A program made the position numbers and the translations under genes. 64,000 nucleotides of DNA, taken from Candidatus Latescibacterota bacterium (lineage in GTDB: Bacteria > Latescibacterota > UBA2968 > GCA-2709665). Location of the stretch: contig OZ220733.1 in assembly GCA_965116875.1 (NCBI GenBank), positions 3,712,001 through 3,776,000 of the forward strand. The letters run 5' to 3'. Under the pieces are notes generated by a model. That model saw nothing but the letters and a program-made list of their open reading frames with translations. It searched no databases and was not told the origin of the DNA. Shown piece after piece: positions 47,766 through 57,361 of this stretch; positions within the stretch are counted from its first letter, which is position 1, and each line of letters opens with the position of its first letter.

Positions 47766-49637
47766 ATGAGAACCACACGGAAACTCGCGGATCACTTCCG
47801 CCATCACGGCCCCGCCACCCGGAGCAGCCACGCGAGAGGCACTGTTGCGGCTGCCGCCGAAGACGGCCGGAACGTCGTCCTGGTCTGGCTGTTCGACCAT
47901 CGCGGCGGGTACGCACTGCTGGTTATCGACGCTGCCACCGGCGAGAGCCGGGAATTTCCGGTACCTTTTCCGCCCGGCGGCGATTGCCCCTACGCGTCGC
48001 TCCTTTCCAGCCGAAACCGCTTCTACACGCACTTCAACGGCTGGTTCGTGGAGTTCGACGTGAACGCAATGGACTACACGTTCTGCCACCAGACGGCGCC
48101 GCGCATGGCGATGGGACTGACCGAAGACGACACGGGCGTGATCTGGTCCTCAACCTATCCCCAGAGCGGGCTCGCCTCGTACGATCCGAAGAACGGTGAA
48201 TTCAGGGACTACGGACACCTGTACAGGCAGAACTGGCGCCAGTATCCAACAACCCTCGCCATAGACGACGCCGGCTGGGTCTACTTCGGCATCGGGACGA
48301 CCCTGTGCCAGGTCATCGCATTCGACCGGAAGACCGAAACGGCAACGCCCATCCTCGCGGAGAACGAGCGGTCGCGGGGAAGCGCATCTGTCTACAGGGA
48401 CCTCAATGGCAAGGTCTACGCCCTGCCGCCAACCGGAACCCCATGGCCCGGCGACAACCCGGATGCGGAGACATGGTACGAACTCTATCTGGGCGAACGC
48501 AAGACCGTACCCCGGCGGGAACGGCGCGAAAAGCGATATATCGCGGGAGATGCCGGACACGTCCATCCGCATTTTCCGGACGGGAGCGAACTTCTGAAAT
48601 GCTGCCTCGTGGACCGCGTGTTGTCCGTTCAGGATCCCGATGGCAACCGCTCGCCCGACGTGTCGTTCGATTACACCAGCGAAGGCGCGCACATCATGGG
48701 CGTCGCCGCGGCGCCGGACGGTACCATCTGCGGCGGCACGTTCTTCCCGAGGCGAACGTTCAGCTATCGTCCGGAAACCGACGCGTGGATCGAGCGGGAG
48801 AGTTTCGGCCAGTGGAATACCGTGGGCCGCCAGGGCGACCGGTTCTTCGTTGGCGGGTACGGCAGCGGCGCGCTCCTGGAGTGGGACCCGTTCCAACCGT
48901 GGGTGACAACCGAAAAGGAGAACCCGGCATCGAACCCCTTTTTCCACCGGACCTGTACGCCCACGATGCATCGCCCGCACAAGCTGCTCGCTCATCCCGA
49001 CGGCAAGACGCTGGTGGTTGCCGGGACCCCCGGCTATGGCTATACGGGCGGCGGGCTGCTTTTCTGGAATTGCGAGAAGCGCACCGGGTTCCTGCTGGAA
49101 CACACCGACTTGTTGCCGGACCACGCCACGGCGAGCCTCGCGGCGCTTCCAGGGAGAAAGCTCCTGGGCGGCACCACAACCAGCCCCGGGACCGGGGGCG
49201 AGCAGAAGGCGACGGAAGCGGAACTCTACATTCTGAATATGGAAACAATGGAGCTGGAGTGGCGCCAGGTCCTCTTCCCCGGGGCGCAGGAATACACGGA
49301 CCTGTGCGTCGGACGGGACGGTCTTGTATACGGCTTTGTCGACCGGGCCCGTCTTTTCGTGTTCTGCCCGGAAACGCGCGAAGTCGTCCACCAGGAAGAA
49401 ACAGAGCGGAGGTTTGGACTGACGGCCCACCAGCAGGGGCCGCGTGTCTTCGTGACCGCTCCCGACGATACCGTTTACGTTCTTTTCGAGAAAGGCATCG
49501 GCCGTATCGAAAGCGGTACGACCGCCATCGAAATGTGCGCTCCATCCCCGGTGCGTATCAGCAATGGCGGAGACTGGCTCGACGGGCGCATCTATTTCAC
49601 CAGCGACTCCCACCTCTACAGCTGGGAAATCCCGTAG
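47766..49637 (+). CDS. Hypothetical beta-propeller protein
   Basis: Repeated DG..Y.G / YDP blades; upstream TTGACA-N17-CATGAT at 47648. Confidence 0.72.
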   Translation: MRTTRKLADHFRHHGPATRSSHARGTVAAAAEDGRNVVLVWLFDHRGGYALLVIDAATGESREFPVPFPPGGDCPYASLLSSRNRFYTHFNGWFVEFDVNAMDYTFCHQTAPRMAMGLTEDDTGVIWSSTYPQSGLASYDPKNGEFRDYGHLYRQNWRQYPTTLAIDDAGWVYFGIGTTLCQVIAFDRKTETATPILAENERSRGSASVYRDLNGKVYALPPTGTPWPGDNPDAETWYELYLGERKTVPRRERREKRYIAGDAGHVHPHFPDGSELLKCCLVDRVLSVQDPDGNRSPDVSFDYTSEGAHIMGVAAAPDGTICGGTFFPRRTFSYRPETDAWIERESFGQWNTVGRQGDRFFVGGYGSGALLEWDPFQPWVTTEKENPASNPFFHRTCTPTMHRPHKLLAHPDGKTLVVAGTPGYGYTGGGLLFWNCEKRTGFLLEHTDLLPDHATASLAALPGRKLLGGTTTSPGTGGEQKATEAELYILNMETMELEWRQVLFPGAQEYTDLCVGRDGLVYGFVDRARLFVFCPETREVVHQEETERRFGLTAHQQGPRVFVTAPDDTVYVLFEKGIGRIESGTTAIEMCAPSPVRISNGGDWLDGRIYFTSDSHLYSWEIP

Positions 49638-49714
49638 CCGTCGGCAGACTGCTCACGGGCCAGCGGCAGAGCGTACGTTCGCACGTCCAATCCGGGTGCG
49701 GACTCCCGAATTGC

Positions 49715-50449
49715 CTACGGATTCGAGCCAAACGCCTGTCTCTTCCAGTTCTCGTAAAACGCCCTGGCGTAGCCTCTGAAGATGTCAAGGCGTTCGGTCA
49801 CCGCCCGCTCGAAATCGTGCATGGTGTCTTCGCCGAGTGTTTCCATCAGCGCCTCGTGATAGGCGGGGACGGCGTCCCATTCCGCGATGGTCTCCGCTGT
49901 GATCTCGATGTGAAACTGGGCGGTGATCGCGTGGTCCTCCAAACTCAACGCCTGGACGGCGCACAACGCGGAGGACGCGAGGACCTCCAATTCACCGGGA
50001 ACGGTCTTCACCGTCGAGCTGTGCCACTGCAGGCAGGGCAGCGTCTCGGGGAAACCCGTGAAGAATCCGCTGGCCATGCCCGGGGCCGTCAGGTGTACGT
50101 CCATTACCCCCACCTCCGGGCTCTCGTTCGGGCCGACGTGTCCGCCCAGCGCCGAGGCCAGCAACTGATGTCCCAGGCAGATGCCCACGAAGGGCATTTT
50201 CCTTTCAAGAACCGCGTACCGGATGGCGGCCTTCTCCTCCACCAGCCAGGGGTACGCATCCTCCTCCCACACGTCCATCGGGCCGCCCATCGCCCACAGC
50301 GCGTCATAGGCGTCCAGATCCGGGATGGGTTCTCCCGCATCCAGTTCAACGGCGTCCCAGCGAATCCCGTCCTCAGCGAAGAACTCCCTGAAGAGTCCGG
50401 GATGTTCCACGTCCAGGTGCTGAAAGACCAGCAGTCGATCCAGGCCCAT
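49715..50449 (-). CDS. Class I glutamine amidotransferase domain protein (GMP-synthase-like)
   Basis: QH...E.PG, MGGPM, GICLGHQL, QWH, QFHIE. Confidence 0.9.
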   Translation of the reverse strand: MGLDRLLVFQHLDVEHPGLFREFFAEDGIRWDAVELDAGEPIPDLDAYDALWAMGGPMDVWEEDAYPWLVEEKAAIRYAVLERKMPFVGICLGHQLLASALGGHVGPNESPEVGVMDVHLTAPGMASGFFTGFPETLPCLQWHSSTVKTVPGELEVLASSALCAVQALSLEDHAITAQFHIEITAETIAEWDAVPAYHEALMETLGEDTMHDFERAVTERLDIFRGYARAFYENWKRQAFGSNP

Positions 50450-50536
50450 TATTGTCTCTCGGGATTTCCTTCTGGATTCCGGGTTGCGGATTCGATATCT
50501 TGAGCCCGCACCGTGTGTCGGTCCATGAGCTTTGTC

Positions 50537-50568
50537 CTGAGCTTGACGAAGGATTGTCGTAGGGTCGG
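50537..50568 (+). repeat. Second copy of the REP-like repeat
   Basis: CTGAGCTTGACGAAGGATTGTCGTAGGGTCG versus GAGCCTGCCGAAGGATTGTCGAAGGGTCG at 45283. Confidence 0.65.
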
Positions 50569-50620
50569 TTCAGATCAGGGCGCGGATCCGTGTGTACGAC
50601 GTCTCGTGGAGGCAGATGCA

Positions 50621-51334
50621 ATGAATCTGTTGCGAAAATGCGGCGCGGAATTTGTCGGCGCCTTTGCCATCGTCCTGGGGGGATGCGGCGCCGTTGCCGT
50701 GAACCAGATCAGCGGCGGCGCCGTCTCCCACGTGGGCGTCGCCAGTTCGTTCGGCCTTATCGTGATGACAATGGTCTACGCCACCGGCCACATCTCGGGC
50801 GCGCACTTCAATCCCGCGGTGACGGTCGCCTTCTCCTTCACGCGTCACTTTCCCAGACGGGAGATTCTTCCGTACATTGCCGCCCAATGTCTGGGCGCGG
50901 TCCTGGCCAGCAGCATCCACCTCGTTACCCTTTCTCCCATCCTGAACGCCAGGCTTCCCGGTCAGGAGCTGGACCTTGGGGTTACGCAGCCGCTGGACGG
51001 GGCGTGGACCACGGCCTTTGTCTGGGAGTTCCTGCTCGCGTTTCTGCTGATGGTCGTGATTATGGCGGTTGCCACGGACTACCGCGCCACGGGTCAGGCC
51101 GCCGGCCTTGCCATTGGAGGCACGATCGGGTTCGAGGCCATGTTCGCCGGCCCCATATGCGGCGCGTCCATGAATCCCGCACGCAGCCTGGGTCCGGCCC
51201 TGGTCTCCGGCAACTGGCTGCATTTTTCGGCATACGCCGCCGGACCGGTCCTGGGCGCGCTTGCGGGCGCCCTGTTTTACGAATTCATCCGGTGCCACCG
51301 CGGTGACGGTACGGAAGCCAGGGGTTGTTGCTGA
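50621..51334 (+). CDS. MIP family channel (aquaporin, NIP-like)
   Basis: AEFVG, SGAHFNPAVT, SMNPARS; SD GGAGG. Confidence 0.93.
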   Translation: MNLLRKCGAEFVGAFAIVLGGCGAVAVNQISGGAVSHVGVASSFGLIVMTMVYATGHISGAHFNPAVTVAFSFTRHFPRREILPYIAAQCLGAVLASSIHLVTLSPILNARLPGQELDLGVTQPLDGAWTTAFVWEFLLAFLLMVVIMAVATDYRATGQAAGLAIGGTIGFEAMFAGPICGASMNPARSLGPALVSGNWLHFSAYAAGPVLGALAGALFYEFIRCHRGDGTEARGCC

Positions 51335-51396
51335 GGATCGAATCTCCGAAAACCCACGGCCATCGCGGGACTTCCGGAACGGTAAGGCGAGCCGGT

Positions 51397-52233
51397 TCAT
51401 ATCACCAGCGCAACCGCCAGAATGGCCAGCGCCACCCCTGCCGCCGAGAGCCGATTGAGACGTTCCTTCCAGAAGAAATGGGCGGACAGGTTGTCCAGCA
51501 GGATCACACTGCAGCCCGTGGCCGGAAAGAACAGAGTGCCCGGCAATCGACTCAGGGTAAGCATGATAACGGAAAGCGCCAGGGCGTTGTAGGCGCCGAG
51601 GCCGATCCCCGTCGCGAGTTCGGACCGTCCGGGGCGACGCATCCTTCCCGCAATGAAGATGTAGCCGATCGTACCGGCGGTGGCGCCCATCACCGTCAGG
51701 ATCTGGACGAATTCCCCGTCGAGTCCGGCATAGTGAACCGAACGCAGGCAGGAGTGACTCATTCCCTGCGCGAGGAAAACCGCAAACAACAGGCCAAAGG
51801 TCTTTCCGCCCGCCGCGCGGACGTTTCCCCCCGCGCCCGACGTCATCAGCAGCAGCGCGGGGAAGGCGAGGATGATCCCACTGAATTGCGAGGGTACTAC
51901 CGGCTCCTGCCAGAGCCAGATTCCCAAAGCAACGGGTACCGCGATTGAAATGCGAAACGCCGTCAGCACGGCACCGACGGATGCGACTTCCAGAACGCGC
52001 ATCATCAAAGACATCGAACCGATGAATACGGCGCCCGTGACCACGCCGGTCTGCAGCGCCGCGGCCGAAAACGTGAACCGGCCCGTGGCCAGGAGGTAGG
52101 CGGCCAGGACCGCGCAGAGTACCAGGTAATTCGTCGATACGACAACGGGCGCGTAATAACCCCGGCGCTGGGAGAATTTGCAGATCTGGACAAATCCGAA
52201 ATCGAGCAGGATCGCGAATATCAGCCAGGACAA
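51397..52233 (-). CDS. DMT/EamA-superfamily membrane protein
   Basis: About 10 hydrophobic helices, W.E and KE.L repeat motifs. Confidence 0.8.
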   Translation of the reverse strand: MSWLIFAILLDFGFVQICKFSQRRGYYAPVVVSTNYLVLCAVLAAYLLATGRFTFSAAALQTGVVTGAVFIGSMSLMMRVLEVASVGAVLTAFRISIAVPVALGIWLWQEPVVPSQFSGIILAFPALLLMTSGAGGNVRAAGGKTFGLLFAVFLAQGMSHSCLRSVHYAGLDGEFVQILTVMGATAGTIGYIFIAGRMRRPGRSELATGIGLGAYNALALSVIMLTLSRLPGTLFFPATGCSVILLDNLSAHFFWKERLNRLSAAGVALAILAVALVI

Positions 52234-52259
52234 TTCAGGCGCCTTTTCCGTCTATAAGA

Positions 52260-53033
52260 CTACTCGCCCCATGCCTTCCGGATCCACGGCACGGCCGCCT
52301 TCAAGGGCTCAAGAAACAGTTCGATCTGGTAGTGAGTCACTTCGCGAACGATAATCATCTCGATTGGCACGTCGTTTTCCTTCAGCGTCCGCACGGTCGT
52401 TTCCACGGGTTCGAACGCAACCACCTCGTCCGCGATGCTGTGGATCACAAGCAGAGGAACCTGCCAGTCCACTTCGGTGGCATCCTCCTCCGGGCTCGCC
52501 GATATGGGAATTGCCGCCCGGAACAGGTCCGGGTGCCTCGCCGCAAGATACCAGGCGCCCCTTCCGCCCATGCTGAAACCCGTTACAAGCGTTTTGGTTT
52601 CGTCAATCGCGTAATTTGCCTTGATCGCCCGGATCAGATCGAGTACATGCTTCTCGCTGTCCTCGCTGTCCCAGCTCTGCCCGACGACTTCGGGCGCCAC
52701 GATAATCGCCTCAAGATCCTCCAGCGCGGGCGATATCAGAACTTCCAGCAGCCGGCTTCCGTAATAAGGCACCACGATACCGCCGTAGTGCAGCGACAGG
52801 ACCAGTGGCGTAGCTTGTCCGGCGTTGTAGCCCGACGGGATGAGAAGGGTGTACCGCTGTCCTCCCGGCGACAACTCCCTGTTATAGATACCCGGTGACT
52901 GGGGCAGGACGTCCTCCTCGGGCCCGGCCGGATCGTCAGAACCGCAGGCTGCCGCCAGAACCGCAAGCATTCCTGCCAGAAACCAGTGAACCGCTGGTGA
53001 TTTTTTCCTTAACCCCCGGCGTAAGTTTATCAT
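52260..53033 (-). CDS. Alpha/beta-hydrolase lipoprotein (esterase/dienelactone hydrolase-like)
   Basis: Lipobox AAAC, PLVL.LH, GFSMGG, HS..DEVV, H. Confidence 0.85.
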   Translation of the reverse strand: MINLRRGLRKKSPAVHWFLAGMLAVLAAACGSDDPAGPEEDVLPQSPGIYNRELSPGGQRYTLLIPSGYNAGQATPLVLSLHYGGIVVPYYGSRLLEVLISPALEDLEAIIVAPEVVGQSWDSEDSEKHVLDLIRAIKANYAIDETKTLVTGFSMGGRGAWYLAARHPDLFRAAIPISASPEEDATEVDWQVPLLVIHSIADEVVAFEPVETTVRTLKENDVPIEMIIVREVTHYQIELFLEPLKAAVPWIRKAWGE

Positions 53034-53123
53034 ATCTTCCTCGTAGTTGTCCGCGGGAACGAAAAGGCTCTCTTCAATATACGGGAACGGCGACTCACAA
53101 CAAAGCACGTTAAGGGAACATCC

Positions 53124-54743
53124 ATGACCGGGGCCGACATTCTGATCCGGAGCCTCAAGGCCCAGAACGTCCGCTGTATCGTGGGCATGCCGGGCAACCA
53201 GAACATCGATATCTACGATGCCCTGCTGCGTACCGGTGGCATCGACCATTACCTCATACGCAACGAGCAGGGCGCGACGCTTGTCGCCAACGGGTTTGCC
53301 CGCGCATCGGGAGAAGTGGGGGTTGCGCTTACGGTCCCCGGCCCGGGCGCCACCAACGCATCCACCGGCATCGTCGACGCCCACACGGACTGCGTTCCCG
53401 TGCTGCTGATCACCGGCGGCACCGAAGTGGCCTATAACGGGCGAGACCGGAGCAAATGCTTCCACGGGCTCGACCAGGCCGCGTTCTTTGCGCCGATCAC
53501 CCGGTTCTTCGCCCGCCCGGAACGCGTCGAGGACATCCCCGAAGCCGTCAGGGGCGCGTTCGCCGCATTGCGTGCGCCCAGGCCGGGGCCGGCCGTAATC
53601 GAACTGCCCATGGACGTTGCCGCCGCGACCGGCGAAGCCGACGTTTCCGCGTACGTGGAAGGAAACCGGCCCGCGCCCGACCCGGCCGACCTGCGCCGCG
53701 TCGCGGAAGCGATCGCCCGCATGGAGCGGCCGGCCATCCTCACCGGCGGCAATACGGCCGATGCGGACGCGACGTCCGAACTCAGGGCATTGTCGGAATC
53801 ACTCGGGGCGCCCGTGCTTTTCAGCCGGCTCGGCAAGGGGGTTTTTCCCGACTCCCATCCGTTTTCCGGGGGCCACTGCCGCGGTCGGCTGGCAGGGAAC
53901 GTCCTTCGCGAGGCGGACGGGCTGATTGCAGTCGGTTGCCGGTTCACGCAGATCGACACCTCCGGATGGACCATGGAAATGCCGCCGCTGCGGGTACAGC
54001 TGGATCCGGACCCGGCCGAACTCGGGCGCGAAGTCGGCATTGACGCGGGCGCCGCCGGGGACCTGAAACAGTCGCTGCCCGCGCTGCTGGAAGCGCTGGA
54101 TGAAACGGAAAGAACGGGTGAAGTCTGGATGGATACTCTGTTTCGAACCCGGGATGAAATCGCGCGGTCCCGCCGGCCACTGCCGATCATGTCTGCCATG
54201 AGAGAGCGTCTCGACGCGGACGCCATCGTATCGGTGGACGTGACTTCCATCGGGTACCGGTCCTTCGACGAGTTCCCCGTGGATTACCCGCGCTGCTTCA
54301 TGTACCCATGCCATTCAGTCACACTCGGATTCGCGGCGCCGGCCGCGATTGGCGCGAAACTCGCACAGCCGCACCGGCAGGTGGCCGCCTTCTGCGGCGA
54401 CGGCGGGTTTCAGATGACCGCTTTCGAGCTGGCTACCGCGGCCGAACACGGGATCGAGATCATTTGCGTGGTCATCAACGACGGCAGCCTCAGCGCGATC
54501 CGGGGCGCCCAGGCCAAGGCATTCAACGGGCGAACCATCGACACGGACATGCAGACGCCGCGCATCGCGGACCTTGCCCGCTCCATGGGCGCCAGGGGCG
54601 TTCGCGTGGATGATCCGGACCGTTTCCCAGTCGTCTTCGCCGACGTCATCGGCCTCGAGGGACCGACTGTAATCGAAGTCGTGATGCAGAAACAGCGGGA
54701 TGCGCTCATCCGACAGGTGCCCTGGTTGCATCCCGACAAATGA
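53124..54743 (+). CDS. Thiamine pyrophosphate-binding enzyme (acetolactate synthase-like)
   Basis: G.PG, RNEQGA, GPGATNA, GDGGF...E, ND. Confidence 0.9.
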   Translation: MTGADILIRSLKAQNVRCIVGMPGNQNIDIYDALLRTGGIDHYLIRNEQGATLVANGFARASGEVGVALTVPGPGATNASTGIVDAHTDCVPVLLITGGTEVAYNGRDRSKCFHGLDQAAFFAPITRFFARPERVEDIPEAVRGAFAALRAPRPGPAVIELPMDVAAATGEADVSAYVEGNRPAPDPADLRRVAEAIARMERPAILTGGNTADADATSELRALSESLGAPVLFSRLGKGVFPDSHPFSGGHCRGRLAGNVLREADGLIAVGCRFTQIDTSGWTMEMPPLRVQLDPDPAELGREVGIDAGAAGDLKQSLPALLEALDETERTGEVWMDTLFRTRDEIARSRRPLPIMSAMRERLDADAIVSVDVTSIGYRSFDEFPVDYPRCFMYPCHSVTLGFAAPAAIGAKLAQPHRQVAAFCGDGGFQMTAFELATAAEHGIEIICVVINDGSLSAIRGAQAKAFNGRTIDTDMQTPRIADLARSMGARGVRVDDPDRFPVVFADVIGLEGPTVIEVVMQKQRDALIRQVPWLHPDK

Positions 54744-54765
54744 ATTCGAGAGAAAGCGAGGCGAG

Positions 54766-55899
54766 ATGAAAATAACAGAGGTGAAGACCATTCCCGTCTT
54801 CTACGGTTCCAGGAACTATCTCTTCGTCAAGATCGAAACCGATGACGGCATCTACGGAGTCGGCGAATTCGGCATCACGTGGAAAGAGCAGGCCGGCGTC
54901 GGCGCCATACGCCACATGGCCTCGGATCTCGTCGGTCAGGATCCGCTCAACATAGAATACATCTGGCAGGTCCTCTTCAGGGGCGATTTCTTCCCCGGCG
55001 GGCGCATTCACATGGCCGCGATCAGTGCGATCGATATCGCCCTGTGGGACATCAAGGGCAAGGCCCTGGGCCAGCCGGTCTACATGCTGCTCGGCGGCCG
55101 GCTTCGGGACCGCGTGGTCTGTTACACAGGCATCGGCGGCGGGACGCCCGAAGAGACGGCCCGATCGGCGAAAAACCGGGTCTCCGAAGGGTGGAAATAC
55201 CTCCGCATGTCCGTGCTCGATCGGGACGGCATCCTGGAGCCCTCCACGGCCGTTCGAGATTCCGTCGCGCATTTCGCCGCGGCCCGTGAAGCCGTCGGTC
55301 CGGAAGTCGAGATCTGCATCGACGTTCACACCCGGCTGGACCCGCCCGACACCATCCGGCTGGGCCGCAAACTGGAACCGTTCGATCCGTTTTTCATCGA
55401 AGACCCGCTCAGATGTGAGAACCCGCAGACGTATCGACTGGTCCGCAACCACGTCAACTGCCCGCTTGCGGTTGGCGAACACTATGCCACCAAGTGGGAA
55501 TTCCGCCAGCTCATCGAAGAAGAACTGGCTGACTACGCGCGGATCGACCTCTGTATTGTCGGCGGTCTCACGGAGGCGCGCAAAGTGGCCAATTGGGCCG
55601 AGACCCACTACATCAAGATCGTGCCGCACAATCCGCTCGGGCCCGTTTCGGCCGCAGCCTGTCTCCACCTGGACGTTGCCACGGACAATTTCGCCGTGCA
55701 GGAGGGCGGTCTGGTGGGGCGCACCGTCATGGAAGACCTGTTTCCCGTTCAGGTGCCTTACGAGGCGGGTTACCTCATTGCGCCGGACCGGCCCGGACTG
55801 GGGGTCGAATTCGACGAGGCCGCGGCGGGGAAGTATCCGTTCCGGTGGGGACACGGCCCCCGCCTGCAACGGGAAGACGGATCGTTCACCAACTGGTAG
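54766..55899 (+). CDS. Mandelate racemase/muconate lactonizing enzyme family (acid-sugar dehydratase, DgoD-like)
   Basis: SAIDIALWDIKGK, DVH, IEDP, GE, PHNPLGP, PGLG. Confidence 0.9.
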   Translation: MKITEVKTIPVFYGSRNYLFVKIETDDGIYGVGEFGITWKEQAGVGAIRHMASDLVGQDPLNIEYIWQVLFRGDFFPGGRIHMAAISAIDIALWDIKGKALGQPVYMLLGGRLRDRVVCYTGIGGGTPEETARSAKNRVSEGWKYLRMSVLDRDGILEPSTAVRDSVAHFAAAREAVGPEVEICIDVHTRLDPPDTIRLGRKLEPFDPFFIEDPLRCENPQTYRLVRNHVNCPLAVGEHYATKWEFRQLIEEELADYARIDLCIVGGLTEARKVANWAETHYIKIVPHNPLGPVSAAACLHLDVATDNFAVQEGGLVGRTVMEDLFPVQVPYEAGYLIAPDRPGLGVEFDEAAAGKYPFRWGHGPRLQREDGSFTNW

Positions 55900-55935
55900 G
55901 CATTCCGGGAGGCGCATACGGGGGACGCGGCAACG

Positions 55936-55974
55936 AAAAAGGGTTACGCCAACAAGGCGTAACCCTTTGTTTTT
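55936..55974. terminator. Bidirectional terminator between the dehydratase gene and tRNA-Leu
   Basis: AAAGGGTTACGCC-AACAA-GGCGTAACCCTTT, with A/T runs on both sides. Confidence 0.8.
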
Positions 55975-56061
55975 TGGTGCCGAAGCCGAGACTCGAACTC
56001 GGACGGGCATGCGCCCACTGCGCCCTCAACACAGCGTGTCTACCATTTCCACCACTTCGGC
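55975..56061 (-). tRNA. tRNA-Leu(GAG)
   Basis: GCCGAAG acceptor stem, anticodon arm CTGTG-TTGAGGG-CGCAG, long variable arm, CCA; usual position downstream of secG. Confidence 0.96.
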
Positions 56062-56157
56062 ATCAACGAACCGACCGTCTGCCGCGCCGATCACGGGCGA
56101 AACGGCCGAGATATGCACTCGATCGAACGTTGACGTTCCGGGTGTCGGAAGGAGTTG

Positions 56158-56553
56158 TTACCGTACCGTATCGGCCGGCGACGTTGCCGGCGCGGTACGT
56201 TCGGTTGCGGCGCCCTGTCCTGCCTGGTCCAGCGGCTGAGGCAGCCCGGCCGGCGTACTCTGAAGCGGAACGGGCTGTTCCCTGAGGGCCCGCTCGGCCG
56301 CGGTTTCGGGAGCCGAACTGTCGCCCCTGGACGCGTACCAGAGTCCTATACAGGTCAGAAAAAACACAACCGCCAGAACGGTGGTTACCTTGCTCAGGAA
56401 CGTTGCGGCGCCCGCGCCGCCAAACATGGCGCTTCCGCCGCCTCCGCCGCCGAACGCAGTGGAAAGTCCGCCCCCCTTGCTGGCCTGCAACAGGATGGTG
56501 ACGATCAGAACCAGGCAAACCAGAATATGTACGATCAGAAGAAGCGTTTCCAT
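56158..56553 (-). CDS. secG: Preprotein translocase subunit SecG
   Basis: ILLQ..KGGGL...FGG, FL.K.T; follows tpiA. Confidence 0.95.
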   Translation of the reverse strand: METLLLIVHILVCLVLIVTILLQASKGGGLSTAFGGGGGGSAMFGGAGAATFLSKVTTVLAVVFFLTCIGLWYASRGDSSAPETAAERALREQPVPLQSTPAGLPQPLDQAGQGAATERTAPATSPADTVR

Positions 56554-56566
56554 ATGTAATCCAGGA

Positions 56567-57328
56567 CTAAATCACGGCCTTCACGATGGCCGCGAATGAA
56601 TCGGGCTCGAGCGAAGCCCCGCCGATCAATCCGCCGTCAATATTGGGCATGTCGAACAGTTCGGCGGCATTATCGGCCTTAACGGATCCCCCGTATTGGA
56701 TTCGCACTGCCCGCGCGACGTTGTCGTTGTAGAGTTCCCGCAAGACGCGGCGGATGGACGTATGAACGGTCTCGGCCTCTGAGGGCGTGGCCGTCAGGCC
56801 CGTGCCGATGGCCCACACGGGTTCATACGCGACCACGCAGCCCGCCGCAGCCGTTGGCTGCACATTGGCAAACGCCGCCGTAACCTGCCGCCGCACCACC
56901 CGTTCGGTTGCCCCCGATCGACGCTCCTCGATCGTCTCACCCACACAGACGATGGGCTTGAGCTCGGCGCTCAGTGCAGCCCTAAGCCGCTGATTTACAG
57001 TTGTATCCGTTTCACCGAACCAGGTGCGTCGTTCAGAGTGTCCTAATATAACGTACTCACATCCGCATGTCAACAGCATCCCCGCGGAAACCTCCCCCGT
57101 AAACGCCCCGTCAGCCGCCCAGTGCAGATTCTGCGCACCCAACTTCACCGGACTGTCCCCCAACACGTTACGGACCCGGTCCAGAACCGTGAAAGCGGGA
57201 CACACCACAATCTCAACCTTTGCCGTGTCGTCCAGTGAATTCACGATCCCCCTCGCAAGCTGCTCCGCCTCGCCGGACGCCATGTGCATCTTCCAGTTGC
57301 CTGCCACGATGGGCACGCGCATTGCCAC
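56567..57328 (-). CDS. tpiA: Triosephosphate isomerase
   Basis: AGNWKM, GHSERR, AYEPVWAIGTG, YGGSV, GGASL. Confidence 0.98.
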   Translation of the reverse strand: MAMRVPIVAGNWKMHMASGEAEQLARGIVNSLDDTAKVEIVVCPAFTVLDRVRNVLGDSPVKLGAQNLHWAADGAFTGEVSAGMLLTCGCEYVILGHSERRTWFGETDTTVNQRLRAALSAELKPIVCVGETIEERRSGATERVVRRQVTAAFANVQPTAAAGCVVAYEPVWAIGTGLTATPSEAETVHTSIRRVLRELYNDNVARAVRIQYGGSVKADNAAELFDMPNIDGGLIGGASLEPDSFAAIVKAVI

Positions 57329-57361
57329 CTCCCCCCGTGTTTTCGAATCAGCCCGCGTGAT

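Noticed and set aside
48305-50503. 732-aa plus-strand ORF
   Set aside because: Alternative-frame overlap of the propeller gene and antisense to the GATase gene; Arg/Pro-rich with no motifs
51326-51400. Possible selenocysteine read-through at the aquaporin CC-TGA end
   Set aside because: No convincing bacterial SECIS hairpin, and the channel is already complete
55900-56061. tRNA-Leu as an island integration site
   Set aside because: It is directly followed by its terminator; no integrase or duplicated tRNA 3' end was seen in the window
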